From the IMG/VR virus record IMGVR_UViG_3300021600_000393, positions 37,133 through 101,132 of that record: a stretch of 64,000 bases of DNA, one strand, 5' to 3'. Below the pieces are notes generated by a model that searched no databases, had not been told where the DNA came from, and saw nothing but the letters and a program-made list of their open reading frames with translations. The DNA comes from a virus (taxonomy: Duplodnaviria > Caudoviricetes). Positions within the stretch are counted from its first letter, which is position 1, and every line of letters begins with the position of its first letter. Shown piece after piece: positions 39,213-48,406 of the stretch. Position numbers and translations under genes: made by a program.

Positions 39213-41399
39213 TTATACAATTTGATACGAAAAATCGTTAGTTTTGCATGAATCTATTTCATACGAAAAATCGTCAGTTTCGCATGAGGCTATAAAACAA
39301 TTTGGACAATCAGGGTTAAACATTCTAAATATAGTGTTACTTATTTTAAAATTATGTTTAATTTCTGGTGAAGAAAGAGGTTCAACGTACATTCTAAATT
39401 GTGAAATACCCCCATCAAAAGACCCTGCAAAATTTTGTTCAATTAATATATTAGTACTTAACCCACTTAAAGTTGTACCACTTAAATCCGAATTCGGTAA
39501 ACATTCCGGGTCTTGAAAAAATGGTGAAGACAATCCGGTTAAATTTTCTCTAAGACCTTGAGTTCCTCCACCCCAAGAGATATTAAAAGGGACTCCAAGT
39601 TGTTTTTCTTTTTCAGTATTTAATGCTCTTGGTATAATTTCTTCAAAATCTTCAATCGTATGAAAAAGTTTACCGTTTACGTAAAATTTTAATTTTCCTT
39701 TTCTATATTTTTTATCAATCAACCATCTTTCATTTAGATTAACAATCTCAATTTTTTCTGGAATTTTACCATCTACCTCAGTATAAGGAACTGTTATTAA
39801 TGATTGACTATTATTAACTAAAGATTCTAAAAATTCTTTTTTAGTAATATTATCTAAACCTCCTTTATATTTTAAATCACAAGTTTCAAACCAAGAATAT
39901 CTTTCCCAAACAGCGTTAAATTGGAACCAATGTTCTTGTTCAAGAAAATAAGAATTAATTGATTCACAATAATCATAAATTCTATTTGTTGAACAATATT
40001 CATTAATAGTATATCCAGTACTATATGTTATTCCAGTTGTTGAACAAGTCCCTGTTGTAATACAATCACCAGTAAATCTTAAAACTTTAACACAAATTTT
40101 AGGGTTTTTAACGTCGCCTGATAATCTAAACGACATAGCATTTGATATGGAATCATATAGTGGGTCAGTTTCGCACGTATTTTCAATTGAAGTGAAACCA
40201 GTATAACATTGGTCACAAACGGGGCAATCCGGAGTATGTGTTGAACAAGTTGGAGTACATAAAGGGGTTGTAGTCGTACATGAGGTTGGGGTTGAACTAG
40301 GGGTTGGAGTTGGGGTCGGTGTTAAATCAACTTCAGACTCACATATATGTGTTTTACATTCCCATCCGCAAGTTTCGCACGGATTATTTTGACAATCACA
40401 CCCACAATTGACTTCTATTGATTTATTAACGTCTCCATTACAAACTGGACACCCATAACTTAAATGAGAGTCATGAACCCCATCCTTAGACCTTTGAGGG
40501 TAAACAAATAAACATCTTGAGTTTGTTATATTTCTGTTACAACATGCACATGTTTCAAAATTTTCCATTCCTTCGGTTACTCTAGTATAACCTGTGTAAC
40601 ATTTTGGATTTCCACTAGCATAATGATAGAATTTATTTTCGGCTCTTGTTCCAAAATAAAAAAAAGTATTTTTATTTTCTGGGTAAATTTCATTTAATGT
40701 GGTTTGTCCGGTAGATGGGAAATATTCATCAATAAGTCTTGGTTTTAAAATCATTTCAACGGTCCAACCTTTATTGACTCTTTCCGGAAAAATTTCATAA
40801 TCATGACCAAATAATTTATAAAACCCTTGATAAAACCCACCATATAAATCATGATAATGTCCTCCATAAGGGGTGGTTTTACTTACAACTTCATACAAAA
40901 CAGTTTTATCAAAACCAGAAAAAGAACTATTTTGACTGGTATATCCTGTTATTTGAAATAATTTAAGTTTTTTATCATATGATAATCTATTAAACATTAC
41001 TTCATCGGATAACACCCCTTTAGTAAACGTGATAGATTTCCCAGTTATTGAATTAACTAATCCGTTATCAATACCGGTTAACCCAATATCACATACGGTT
41101 GTTGATGTCATACAATTCAAATCATCATTATTAATGTTATAAAAATTTTTAGAAATTAAAACATTATTTAAATTGTACACACCATAAGTTAACGTTTGCA
41201 TTTGACAGGACCCGCTATAATTAATATCAAAGTAAATTGGTAATTTATTACCGTATGTTTGAGCGATTAAATAAGGAGAAAAAACAACTTCTTGATTAAA
41301 CCCAGTTTCATCTGAGGTTAATGACATGTCATATAGTTCCAATTTTAACTTTGGAAACAAATTTGAATTAACGTACTGATTGATATTTGAGTATGCCAT
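39213..41399 (-). CDS. Virion protein with split LamG/ConA-like domain, Cys-rich insert and PT-repeat linker (start re-assigned to MAYSNIN at 41399)
   Basis: WTVEMILKP, GKLKFYVNGKL, FDGGISQFRMY.EPLS..EI; TPTPTPTPSSTPT; late motif just upstream of 41399. Confidence 0.65.
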   Translation of the reverse strand: MAYSNINQYVNSNLFPKLKLELYDMSLTSDETGFNQEVVFSPYLIAQTYGNKLPIYFDINYSGSCQMQTLTYGVYNLNNVLISKNFYNINNDDLNCMTSTTVCDIGLTGIDNGLVNSITGKSITFTKGVLSDEVMFNRLSYDKKLKLFQITGYTSQNSSFSGFDKTVLYEVVSKTTPYGGHYHDLYGGFYQGFYKLFGHDYEIFPERVNKGWTVEMILKPRLIDEYFPSTGQTTLNEIYPENKNTFFYFGTRAENKFYHYASGNPKCYTGYTRVTEGMENFETCACCNRNITNSRCLFVYPQRSKDGVHDSHLSYGCPVCNGDVNKSIEVNCGCDCQNNPCETCGWECKTHICESEVDLTPTPTPTPSSTPTSCTTTTPLCTPTCSTHTPDCPVCDQCYTGFTSIENTCETDPLYDSISNAMSFRLSGDVKNPKICVKVLRFTGDCITTGTCSTTGITYSTGYTINEYCSTNRIYDYCESINSYFLEQEHWFQFNAVWERYSWFETCDLKYKGGLDNITKKEFLESLVNNSQSLITVPYTEVDGKIPEKIEIVNLNERWLIDKKYRKGKLKFYVNGKLFHTIEDFEEIIPRALNTEKEKQLGVPFNISWGGGTQGLRENLTGLSSPFFQDPECLPNSDLSGTTLSGLSTNILIEQNFAGSFDGGISQFRMYVEPLSSPEIKHNFKISNTIFRMFNPDCPNCFIASCETDDFSYEIDSCKTNDFSYQIV
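39225..39287. repeat. 36-bp-period coding duplication at the C-terminus
   Basis: atacgaaaaatcgt(t/c)agttt(t/c)gcatga twice; encodes SC(E/K)T(D/N)DFSY. Confidence 0.8.
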
Positions 41400-41407
41400 T
41401 TTTTTTA

Positions 41408-41436
41408 AATAAATACTTAATAACGTAGTATTTATA
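41408..41436. promoter_or_regulatory. Back-to-back pair of TATTTAT late-promoter motifs (example of about 16 copies)
   Basis: Minus-strand GTATTTATT (41408-41416) before ATG 41399 and plus-strand GTATTTATA (41428-41436) before ATG 41449. Confidence 0.7.
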
Positions 41437-41448
41437 ATAAAAAATAAT

Positions 41449-42279
41449 ATGATTTCATATAACAAACTATACTTTAATGATGAAATTTCTTTTTTAATTA
41501 AAGAAAGACAAGATACTATTGACGTATTTTACGCCATAAGTAATATTTTAAATGAGACTAAAAAAGAAGTTTCAAAAAAAACATTTAGTAAAAAAAATGA
41601 AACTTCCGTAAAAAAAATGTTAAACGCTGCTTTAAAATCCGACAAAAAAACTTCTAAAAAAGAATTAGGTGATAAATTAGATAACATAGAAAAAAATGGA
41701 GAAATTGAAGAATTGGTAGATTCAGATGGAGCTTTAAAAGATTCTAGCGTTCCAATTTTAGATATGGCAATGCACCCGAAAAAAACTATGGACCAAACAG
41801 TTGTCATGGCAAGACCTATGAATGACCCTATAAAAAGAGGGTATCGTGTTTATTGGGGAGAAAGTGAAGATAAAAAAGACAATATTGTGTCAGAAGTCGA
41901 TTATTCAGACGCGTTTGGTTATGAAGAGACTGAAGATATGGATTATAAAAATACTGTTAAAACATTGAAAAAAATGGGGGTTGATAACCCTAAACATAGG
42001 GCCGATGAATTTGGAAAATTGCCTAACGCTAAAAAAATAAAAGGTAAATTAAAACAAAGACTTTCGGAAAAAGAACAATTAGAAAACGCACAGAAAGAAA
42101 AAATGGTAAAAATGGTTGAAGATATAATTGTTAAAAAAGGAGATGAGTCCGATATTTCAAAAAAATCAAAACCATTAAATAAAATTATATTTCAAAATAT
42201 TAAAGCCATAAAAAAATTAGCTGAAAAAGAAGGTGTTAGTATGTCTGAACTTATTAAAGCCCTAAAACAAAATGAATAA
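41449..42279 (+). CDS. Highly charged hypothetical late protein
   Basis: Late motif upstream; Lys/Glu/Asp-rich. Confidence 0.6.
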   Translation: MISYNKLYFNDEISFLIKERQDTIDVFYAISNILNETKKEVSKKTFSKKNETSVKKMLNAALKSDKKTSKKELGDKLDNIEKNGEIEELVDSDGALKDSSVPILDMAMHPKKTMDQTVVMARPMNDPIKRGYRVYWGESEDKKDNIVSEVDYSDAFGYEETEDMDYKNTVKTLKKMGVDNPKHRADEFGKLPNAKKIKGKLKQRLSEKEQLENAQKEKMVKMVEDIIVKKGDESDISKKSKPLNKIIFQNIKAIKKLAEKEGVSMSELIKALKQNE

Positions 42280-42742
42280 AGATTTATATGGACATAAAGT
42301 ATCTATACCTGAAGAAGTTATAATTTATTTAGGTAAATGTAATGATTCGGCAGTTAATGCGGATAAAAATACTGAAGGTTACAAAAGAAATCAAGAACTT
42401 AGAAATTCTAAAGAAGTTACTTACCAACAATTAAAAAGAATGAAAAATTGGTTTGATAATTTTAAAGGAGATAATAATGATTTATCGTTTATATTAAATG
42501 GTGGGGATTATGTTAAAAAATGGGTTGAAAATACTTTACGTAACATGAGAGATGACATTAGTGGTACAAAAAAACATACTTCTGTTGTTTTACCAAATAG
42601 GTTTAATGATGAACACGATAAAGATAATATTAAGGATATGAATAGACCGTCAAAATCGCATGGAGATTCATTAAATTATTACGGTTTAAAAATTACTGAA
42701 AATCTTGAAAGAATAAACGAAATAATAAAAAAAATAACATAA
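42272..42742 (+). CDS. Hypothetical head-associated protein
   Basis: G.KR..EL....VTYQQLKRMKNWF...LNGG...KW resembles a module seen in phage head-morphogenesis proteins (from recall). Confidence 0.45.
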   Translation: MNKDLYGHKVSIPEEVIIYLGKCNDSAVNADKNTEGYKRNQELRNSKEVTYQQLKRMKNWFDNFKGDNNDLSFILNGGDYVKKWVENTLRNMRDDISGTKKHTSVVLPNRFNDEHDKDNIKDMNRPSKSHGDSLNYYGLKITENLERINEIIKKIT

Positions 42743-42743
42743 C

Positions 42744-43037
42744 ATGGCACAAAAAGAATCGGTTGATTTATCACAACCAGTCAATAAATTATCAGCATAT
42801 GCTGACGCTGAAAGAGCGAAATTAATTCCAAAAAACGATTACACGTATAAAAACGAATACTCCGCAGTTAATCCAGACGCTCTTGCAGATGGAGATGAAA
42901 GAGGTAAAGGTACTGGTGGTGATTTAGACATTCATAATTTTTCTGCGGGAGCAAAACAAGATATTCTTGAAAGAAAAAGTGAATTAACTACTAATTTATA
43001 TCAACAAAATAAACCATATACCACTCCAGGGACATAA
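42744..43037 (+). CDS. Hypothetical protein
   Basis: Tightly packed ORF in the operon. Confidence 0.6.
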   Translation: MAQKESVDLSQPVNKLSAYADAERAKLIPKNDYTYKNEYSAVNPDALADGDERGKGTGGDLDIHNFSAGAKQDILERKSELTTNLYQQNKPYTTPGT

Positions 43038-43423
43038 TGAAACTTTACAATTCGGTAAAATCACTTATTTTAGAAATAGCGTCAATAGATTCAATTGTTG
43101 ACGCAATAAAAAAAAGAAATAAAGTTATAATTTATTATAATGGTGATGAGCCGGGAGGAAGAGGATTAAGACAAATAGAACCTGTATGTTTTGGTTATAG
43201 TAAATCTGATAATCCTGTATTAAGAGCTTGGGACGAAGAAGGAGCATCGTATACATCGTATAATGGAAAACAACCTTTACCTGGATGGAGATTATTTAGA
43301 GTTGACAAAATAATGTCTTTTAAACCTTCAAATGAAAAGTTTAATCAGGTAAGACCAGGGTATAATCCAAGTGGTGATAAAGGAATGGTAAGAGTCATTA
43401 TAAACACAAAATTTGACGACTAA
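43037..43423 (+). CDS. Stand-alone WYL-domain protein
   Basis: VIIYY.G....G.R.IEPVCFG...VLRAW...WRLFRVDKI. Confidence 0.75.
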   Translation: MKLYNSVKSLILEIASIDSIVDAIKKRNKVIIYYNGDEPGGRGLRQIEPVCFGYSKSDNPVLRAWDEEGASYTSYNGKQPLPGWRLFRVDKIMSFKPSNEKFNQVRPGYNPSGDKGMVRVIINTKFDD

Positions 43424-43435
43424 ATAGTATAATTT

Positions 43436-44002
43436 ATGAATGAAAATGATTTAATTAATAAGTTATTAATTTCCAAAAAAATAATGGAAAAACATAACGA
43501 AATACCTAGAGCAGGTAATACAAATTTAGGATTAAGTTCACCGACAGTTGATGATTATCAAGCTCCGCAAGCAAAATATAATTTACCAGACAATGTAATG
43601 TTAGAAAGTACTCCAAAAAAACAAATTGATTCTTCTCAAGTAAATTCTAAAGACAAAATTTTAAATTCAAAATTACCAGATGAAATTAAACGGTTAATGA
43701 TTGAACATCCTATACATCAACCTAAACAATCAACTTCAACTTTGTCTAACGATTTAATTGATAAAGCGGCAAGATTAATGAATGTTGACGCATCAGGTAA
43801 AAAAACAGTCCCATTATTACAAAAAGAACAATCTTCAGACTCAACTAATCTTAAAGAATTAATTAAAGAGAGTTTACGTGAAATCCTTTCGGAAGAAGGG
43901 TTACTAGTAGAATCCGTTAAAAAATCAAACGACATTTTTTCATTTAAAGTGGGTAAACATTTGTTTGAAGGAAAAGTAACTAAAATAAAAAAACTTTTAT
44001 AA
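43436..44002 (+). CDS. Hypothetical protein
   Basis: Last ORF before the terminator. Confidence 0.6.
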   Translation: MNENDLINKLLISKKIMEKHNEIPRAGNTNLGLSSPTVDDYQAPQAKYNLPDNVMLESTPKKQIDSSQVNSKDKILNSKLPDEIKRLMIEHPIHQPKQSTSTLSNDLIDKAARLMNVDASGKKTVPLLQKEQSSDSTNLKELIKESLREILSEEGLLVESVKKSNDIFSFKVGKHLFEGKVTKIKKLL

Positions 44003-44022
44003 CATTATTTTATAATTTTTTT

Positions 44023-44057
44023 AAAACCCTCCTACAGTAATTGTTGGGGGGTTTTTT
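44023..44057 (+). terminator. Intrinsic terminator
   Basis: AAAACCCTCC-TACAG-TAA-TTGTT-GGGGGG-TTTTTT. Confidence 0.75.
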
Positions 44058-44113
44058 AATATAATATTTTCCTTGGGTAATTAATAAAAATTGGAATTGC
44101 AATAAAAAAAAGA

Positions 44114-44142
44114 TTGATTTAATAATAAATTATGGTTATAAT
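44114..44142 (+). promoter_or_regulatory. Sigma70-like promoter of the large glycosylation operon
   Basis: TTGATT-N17-TATAAT. Confidence 0.65.
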
Positions 44143-44209
44143 TTAGAAGTAATTTGGGAGAATGACCTCAAATACGACAATAAAAAAATCATAACAATTT
44201 TAAATAAAT

Positions 44210-45466
44210 ATGACACAAAAAACAAATTCGCCCCTGAACGGTCGTCAAAAGATACGAGTATTAGTACTCCCGTCTGACCGTACAGGGGTAGGTTAAGGCA
44301 AATTTCGCTCTATTGACCCCCACATACACTTGCAAAATTTATACTCAGATGATTTCCATGTTGATATTGATTATGAACCAAAGATTAATGACGTTAACTA
44401 TTGGAAACAATACCAAATTGTACATGCTCATAGAAGTATTGGCAACCAATACGATGAATGCCCTAAAATAATTAAATCGCTTAAAAGTTTAGGTATAATT
44501 GTAATAATTGACTTAGATGATTATTGGTTACCCACAAAAGAACACCCAATTCATAGTTTAATTGTACAACATAAAATACACGAAAAAATTATTGCAAATT
44601 TAAAAGAAGCTTCTTGGGTAACAACTACAACTGAATTATTTGCTGATGAAATTAAAAAAATAAATAAAAATGTTATTGTATTTCCAAACGCAATTAATCC
44701 AAATGAAAATCAATTTAAAGAAAAAACGTTGGATTCTAAAAAAATTAGAGTAGGTTGGCTTGGAGGTTCTTCTCATTTGCACGATATTGAATTATTAAAC
44801 GGGTTTGTCCAAAAAATAGGGGATGAAATAAATAAAAATATACAATACGTTATTTGTGGTTTTGATTTAAGAGGGACGGTAACTGAAATTAACGCTCAAA
44901 CAAAAGAAGAAAAAAAGAGAGACATTCGTCCAGATGAGACAGTTTGGGTAAAATATGAAAAAATCTTTACTGATAATTACAATATCATTCCAAATGATTA
45001 TAAAAAGTTTTTGTTGGAATATAAAGATAAAGAATATATTTCACAAGAAGAGTTACCTTATTTACGTGTTTGGACAAAACCTGTTACATCATATGCTACA
45101 AATTATAGTAAGTTTGATATTTCATTATCCCCAATAAAAAACCATATTTTTAACAGAATGAAATCTCAATTAAAAGTAATTGAGGCTGGATTTTATAAGA
45201 AAGCATTAATCGCATCAAGTGTTGGACCTTACAATATTGATTTACAACATTGTCTTAAAGAGGGTCAATTTCATGATGGGAATGCGTTATTGGTAGATGA
45301 AAATAGAAATCATAGTGATTGGGCAAAATATATTAAAAAATTAGTACAAAACCCTAATCTTATTGAAGACATGGGAAATAGATTATACGAAACAGTTAAA
45401 GTTAAATACCATCTTGATACTGTTACAAAAAATAGAAGTGAATGGTATAAAACCTTAGTTAAATAA
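44210..45466 (+). CDS. GT-B glycosyltransferase whose true N-terminus (ATG 44210) is interrupted by an in-frame TAA at 44294-44296
   Basis: MTQKTNSPLNGRQKIRVLVLPSDRTGVG*GKFRSIDPHIHLQ... continues in frame into the tracked ORF (DLDDYW, VGWLGGSSH..D, FNRMKSQLKVIEAG). Confidence 0.75.
44230..44289 (+). other. Long GC-rich RNA hairpin inside the 5' coding region, ending just before GGT-TAA-GGC
   Basis: CCCCTGAACGGTC (44231-44243) pairs with GACCGTACAGGGG (44276-44288) at 12 of 13 positions; inner stems AGAT/GTCT and GAGTA-TTAG-TACTC. Confidence 0.7.
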
Positions 45467-45468
45467 AA

Positions 45469-46170
45469 ATGATAAAAATACCAATTACCAAAATTCTATT
45501 TCTTGATATTGAAACTGTTGGGGGATGTAAAGATTATGAAACTTGTAAGGAAAGTAATCCTAAAGTTGCCAAACAATTTATTAAATATATTGATTGGTTT
45601 AAAAAAAGATTTCCGGAAGATTCTTTATTAAGTTTAGATGAAATCTTTATTAAACGAACATCGTTAGTTCCTGAATTTGCAAAAATTATATGTGTTAGCG
45701 TTGCATTTGTAATAGATAATGGCGAAATTAAAAAACAAACATTTTCTGGGGATAATGAAAAAGAACTTCTAATTGGCGTTCAAAAATTATTAGATAGATG
45801 TGGCAAATTAGACTTTTTTCTATGTGGACATAATTTAAAGAATTTTGATATTCCAATGATGGCTAAACGTATGATTGTTAATGGGTTATTACCACCATCA
45901 ATACTTCCATCTTACGATACAAAACCTTGGGAGATTAAAGCAATAGATACTAAAGAAATATGGCAATATGGAGCTTACACTGCAATTGGGTCTTTAGATT
46001 TAATGTGTGCTTGTATGGATGTTGAGTCATCAAAACAAGGAGATGTTACTGGAGATAAGGTACATGATTCTTATTGGAATAAAGACATGTTAAAAGAAAT
46101 AACTGAATATTGCGAAAGAGATGTTGAAGTATTAATACAAGTAATAAAGAAATTAAAATTATTAAAGTAA
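45469..46170 (+). CDS. PolB-like/DnaQ-fold 3'-5' exonuclease
   Basis: FLDIETV, GHNLKNFDIP, YCERDV. Confidence 0.85.
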   Translation: MIKIPITKILFLDIETVGGCKDYETCKESNPKVAKQFIKYIDWFKKRFPEDSLLSLDEIFIKRTSLVPEFAKIICVSVAFVIDNGEIKKQTFSGDNEKELLIGVQKLLDRCGKLDFFLCGHNLKNFDIPMMAKRMIVNGLLPPSILPSYDTKPWEIKAIDTKEIWQYGAYTAIGSLDLMCACMDVESSKQGDVTGDKVHDSYWNKDMLKEITEYCERDVEVLIQVIKKLKLLK

Positions 46171-46172
46171 TT

Positions 46173-46769
46173 ATGACCGAAGAAGAAAAAAAATTTATGG
46201 AAGATTTTCAAAAAAGAATTTTTGAAGAAGAAATTAATTCTGATTTAGACATTGAAAAATTATATAGTGAATTTGGAATTGATATGGAAAAATTAGAAAA
46301 AGATTTAATGGAAAGCCCATCTCAAAAAGTACAATTAGGTTATACTAAAATACACCCTGACGCTATTTCGCCTTCATATAATTATGAAAGTGATAGCGGG
46401 TTTGATTTGTATTCAACTGAAGATGTTACTGTAGATGGATTTGGAAGAGCGTTAATACCAACAGGTCTTTCTTTTGACATTCCAGAAGGGTTTGAAATTC
46501 AAGTAAGGTCAAAGAGTGGATTAGCAATAAATCAAGGTCTAATGTGTTTAAATTCTCCAGGCACTGTAGATTATGGTTACACTGGGGAAGTAAAAGTTAT
46601 TATTTTTAATACAAATAAAACTCCATTTACTATAACAAAAGGAATGAAAATTGCTCAGTCCGTTATGACTAGAGTTGCAAATGGTAAATATGTTGATTTA
46701 AATGAAAAAAATAAAGTAGCAAATAAAGATAGAAATTCAAATGGGTTTGGGTCAACCGGATTATTTTAA
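46173..46769 (+). CDS. dut: Trimeric dUTPase
   Basis: SGFDL, RSKSGLA, GTVDYGYTGE, KIAQ, R..NGFGSTG. Confidence 0.95.
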   Translation: MTEEEKKFMEDFQKRIFEEEINSDLDIEKLYSEFGIDMEKLEKDLMESPSQKVQLGYTKIHPDAISPSYNYESDSGFDLYSTEDVTVDGFGRALIPTGLSFDIPEGFEIQVRSKSGLAINQGLMCLNSPGTVDYGYTGEVKVIIFNTNKTPFTITKGMKIAQSVMTRVANGKYVDLNEKNKVANKDRNSNGFGSTGLF

Positions 46770-46774
46770 AAATT

Positions 46775-48406
46775 ATGCCAGAATTATTAACAGTCGGGTT
46801 TTCAACCAGAAATCACAATCCAAATTTTATTGGTTACCTTAAAAAAACTTCAGGGTTTAAAAAAATTAATGTTATTGAAAAAATAAACACCGGTGAAAAA
46901 TCATTGAGTGAAATTTATAATGAAATTTTAAATGAATCAAAAACAGACATTGTTGTTTTATGTCATGATGATATTTTATTTGACACAACATCTTGGTATA
47001 GTAAAATATTAAAACATTTTGAAAAAAATGATTATGGTATTTTAGGTATGGCGGGAAGCACATCTTTAACCGATTCAGGTAGATGGTGGGACGAAAGAAA
47101 AAAAATGGTTGGGATTGTAAACCACGAAAACGATGGTAAAAAATGGGAATCAAAATATTCTGAATCATTTGAAAATGGAGTTTGTCAAACTTTAATGGTT
47201 GATGGTTTGTTTATGATAATCCATAAAAAAAGAATTAAAAAAACATTTGATGTGGATTTTAAAGGGTTCCATTTTTATGATTTTTCATTTTCTTTTTTAA
47301 ATCATTTAGAGGGGGTTAAAGTAGGCGTTATTACTAATATAAGATTAACTCATAAATCAATAGGACAAACAAACGAACAATGGGAATCAAATAGAGGTTT
47401 ATTTGTTGAAAAATTTAAAAATAATTTACCATTAAAATTACCTTTTGATGCAAATAGAAAAATTAAAGTTTTATTTTCTTGTTTATCATTTAAAACTTTT
47501 ACCGGTTCGGAAGTTTACGTTTATGAATTAGCTAAAAATTTAAAAAAATTAAATTGTGACGTAACGGTTTTATCAGAAATTGGTGGACCATTAACTGAAA
47601 TGGCAAAAAAAGACGGAATTAAAGTTTTACCATTTTCAAATCCTCCAGGGTTTAAGTTAGGAGACGGAAAATGGGGGTTTAATACTCCCGAAGGAGTTAA
47701 ACCAAGTCAACCAGATAATATGTATAAAATATCTGAAGCGAATTTTGATATAATTCACGTTCAACATAAACCAGTAGCCGAAAAGATGTTTCAAATGTAC
47801 CCGGAAATAAATAAAATTTATACCATACATTCTGAAGTTATAAGTTTAGAAGACCCGGTAAAAAATATAACTGTTAAAAAATATATTGCAATTAGACCAG
47901 AAATAAAAGATTACATTAAAACATTTGACATTCCTGAAAAAGATATTGAAGTTATTTATAACCCAGTCGATAATGAAAAATTTACAAATAAAAATATTTC
48001 TTCAGGGAATTATACATTATTTGTTGGTACTATAGATTATTTAAGGGAGAACACTATCAAAGATTTAGTTGAAAATACAAAAATAAATAATCAAGAACTT
48101 TGGTTAGTCGGAGAAAATAAATCAAATTATTTAGAGTTAATTTTAAAAAACTCCCATGTTAAACATTTTCCGCCAACATGGGACGTTCAAAAATATGTTA
48201 AAAACTCAAAAGAAACTGCCGGCATTCAGTTAGGTAGAACCACAATCGAAGGGTGGTTATGCGGAAAACCAAGTTGGATTTATAAAGTTGATAGTAATGG
48301 GGACATTATTGAAAAAAATAAATTTGAACCTCCATTAGATATTGAAAAATATCACTCGTTAAAAGTTGCAAATCAAATAAAAAACGAATATTTAAAAATT
48401 TTATGA
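46775..48406 (+). CDS. Bifunctional glycosyltransferase (GT-A plus GT-B)
   Basis: VVLCHDDI, VDGLF, FHFYD; second domain TGSEVYVYELAK, VIYNPVD, GRTTIEG. Confidence 0.8.
   Translation: MPELLTVGFSTRNHNPNFIGYLKKTSGFKKINVIEKINTGEKSLSEIYNEILNESKTDIVVLCHDDILFDTTSWYSKILKHFEKNDYGILGMAGSTSLTDSGRWWDERKKMVGIVNHENDGKKWESKYSESFENGVCQTLMVDGLFMIIHKKRIKKTFDVDFKGFHFYDFSFSFLNHLEGVKVGVITNIRLTHKSIGQTNEQWESNRGLFVEKFKNNLPLKLPFDANRKIKVLFSCLSFKTFTGSEVYVYELAKNLKKLNCDVTVLSEIGGPLTEMAKKDGIKVLPFSNPPGFKLGDGKWGFNTPEGVKPSQPDNMYKISEANFDIIHVQHKPVAEKMFQMYPEINKIYTIHSEVISLEDPVKNITVKKYIAIRPEIKDYIKTFDIPEKDIEVIYNPVDNEKFTNKNISSGNYTLFVGTIDYLRENTIKDLVENTKINNQELWLVGENKSNYLELILKNSHVKHFPPTWDVQKYVKNSKETAGIQLGRTTIEGWLCGKPSWIYKVDSNGDIIEKNKFEPPLDIEKYHSLKVANQIKNEYLKIL

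Noticed and set aside
41400-41465. Hydrophobic signal-like N-terminus of the 750-aa ORF
   Set aside because: Artefact of an upstream start that spans the divergent promoter pair and overlaps the opposite gene; the likely start is 41399
44291-44299. Selenocysteine/pyrrolysine, genome-wide stop reassignment or a self-splicing intron as the explanation of the internal stop
   Set aside because: The codon is TAA, which terminates most genes here, all other genes are intact in the standard code, and 6 nt is far too short for a ribozyme (an intron scar cannot be excluded)
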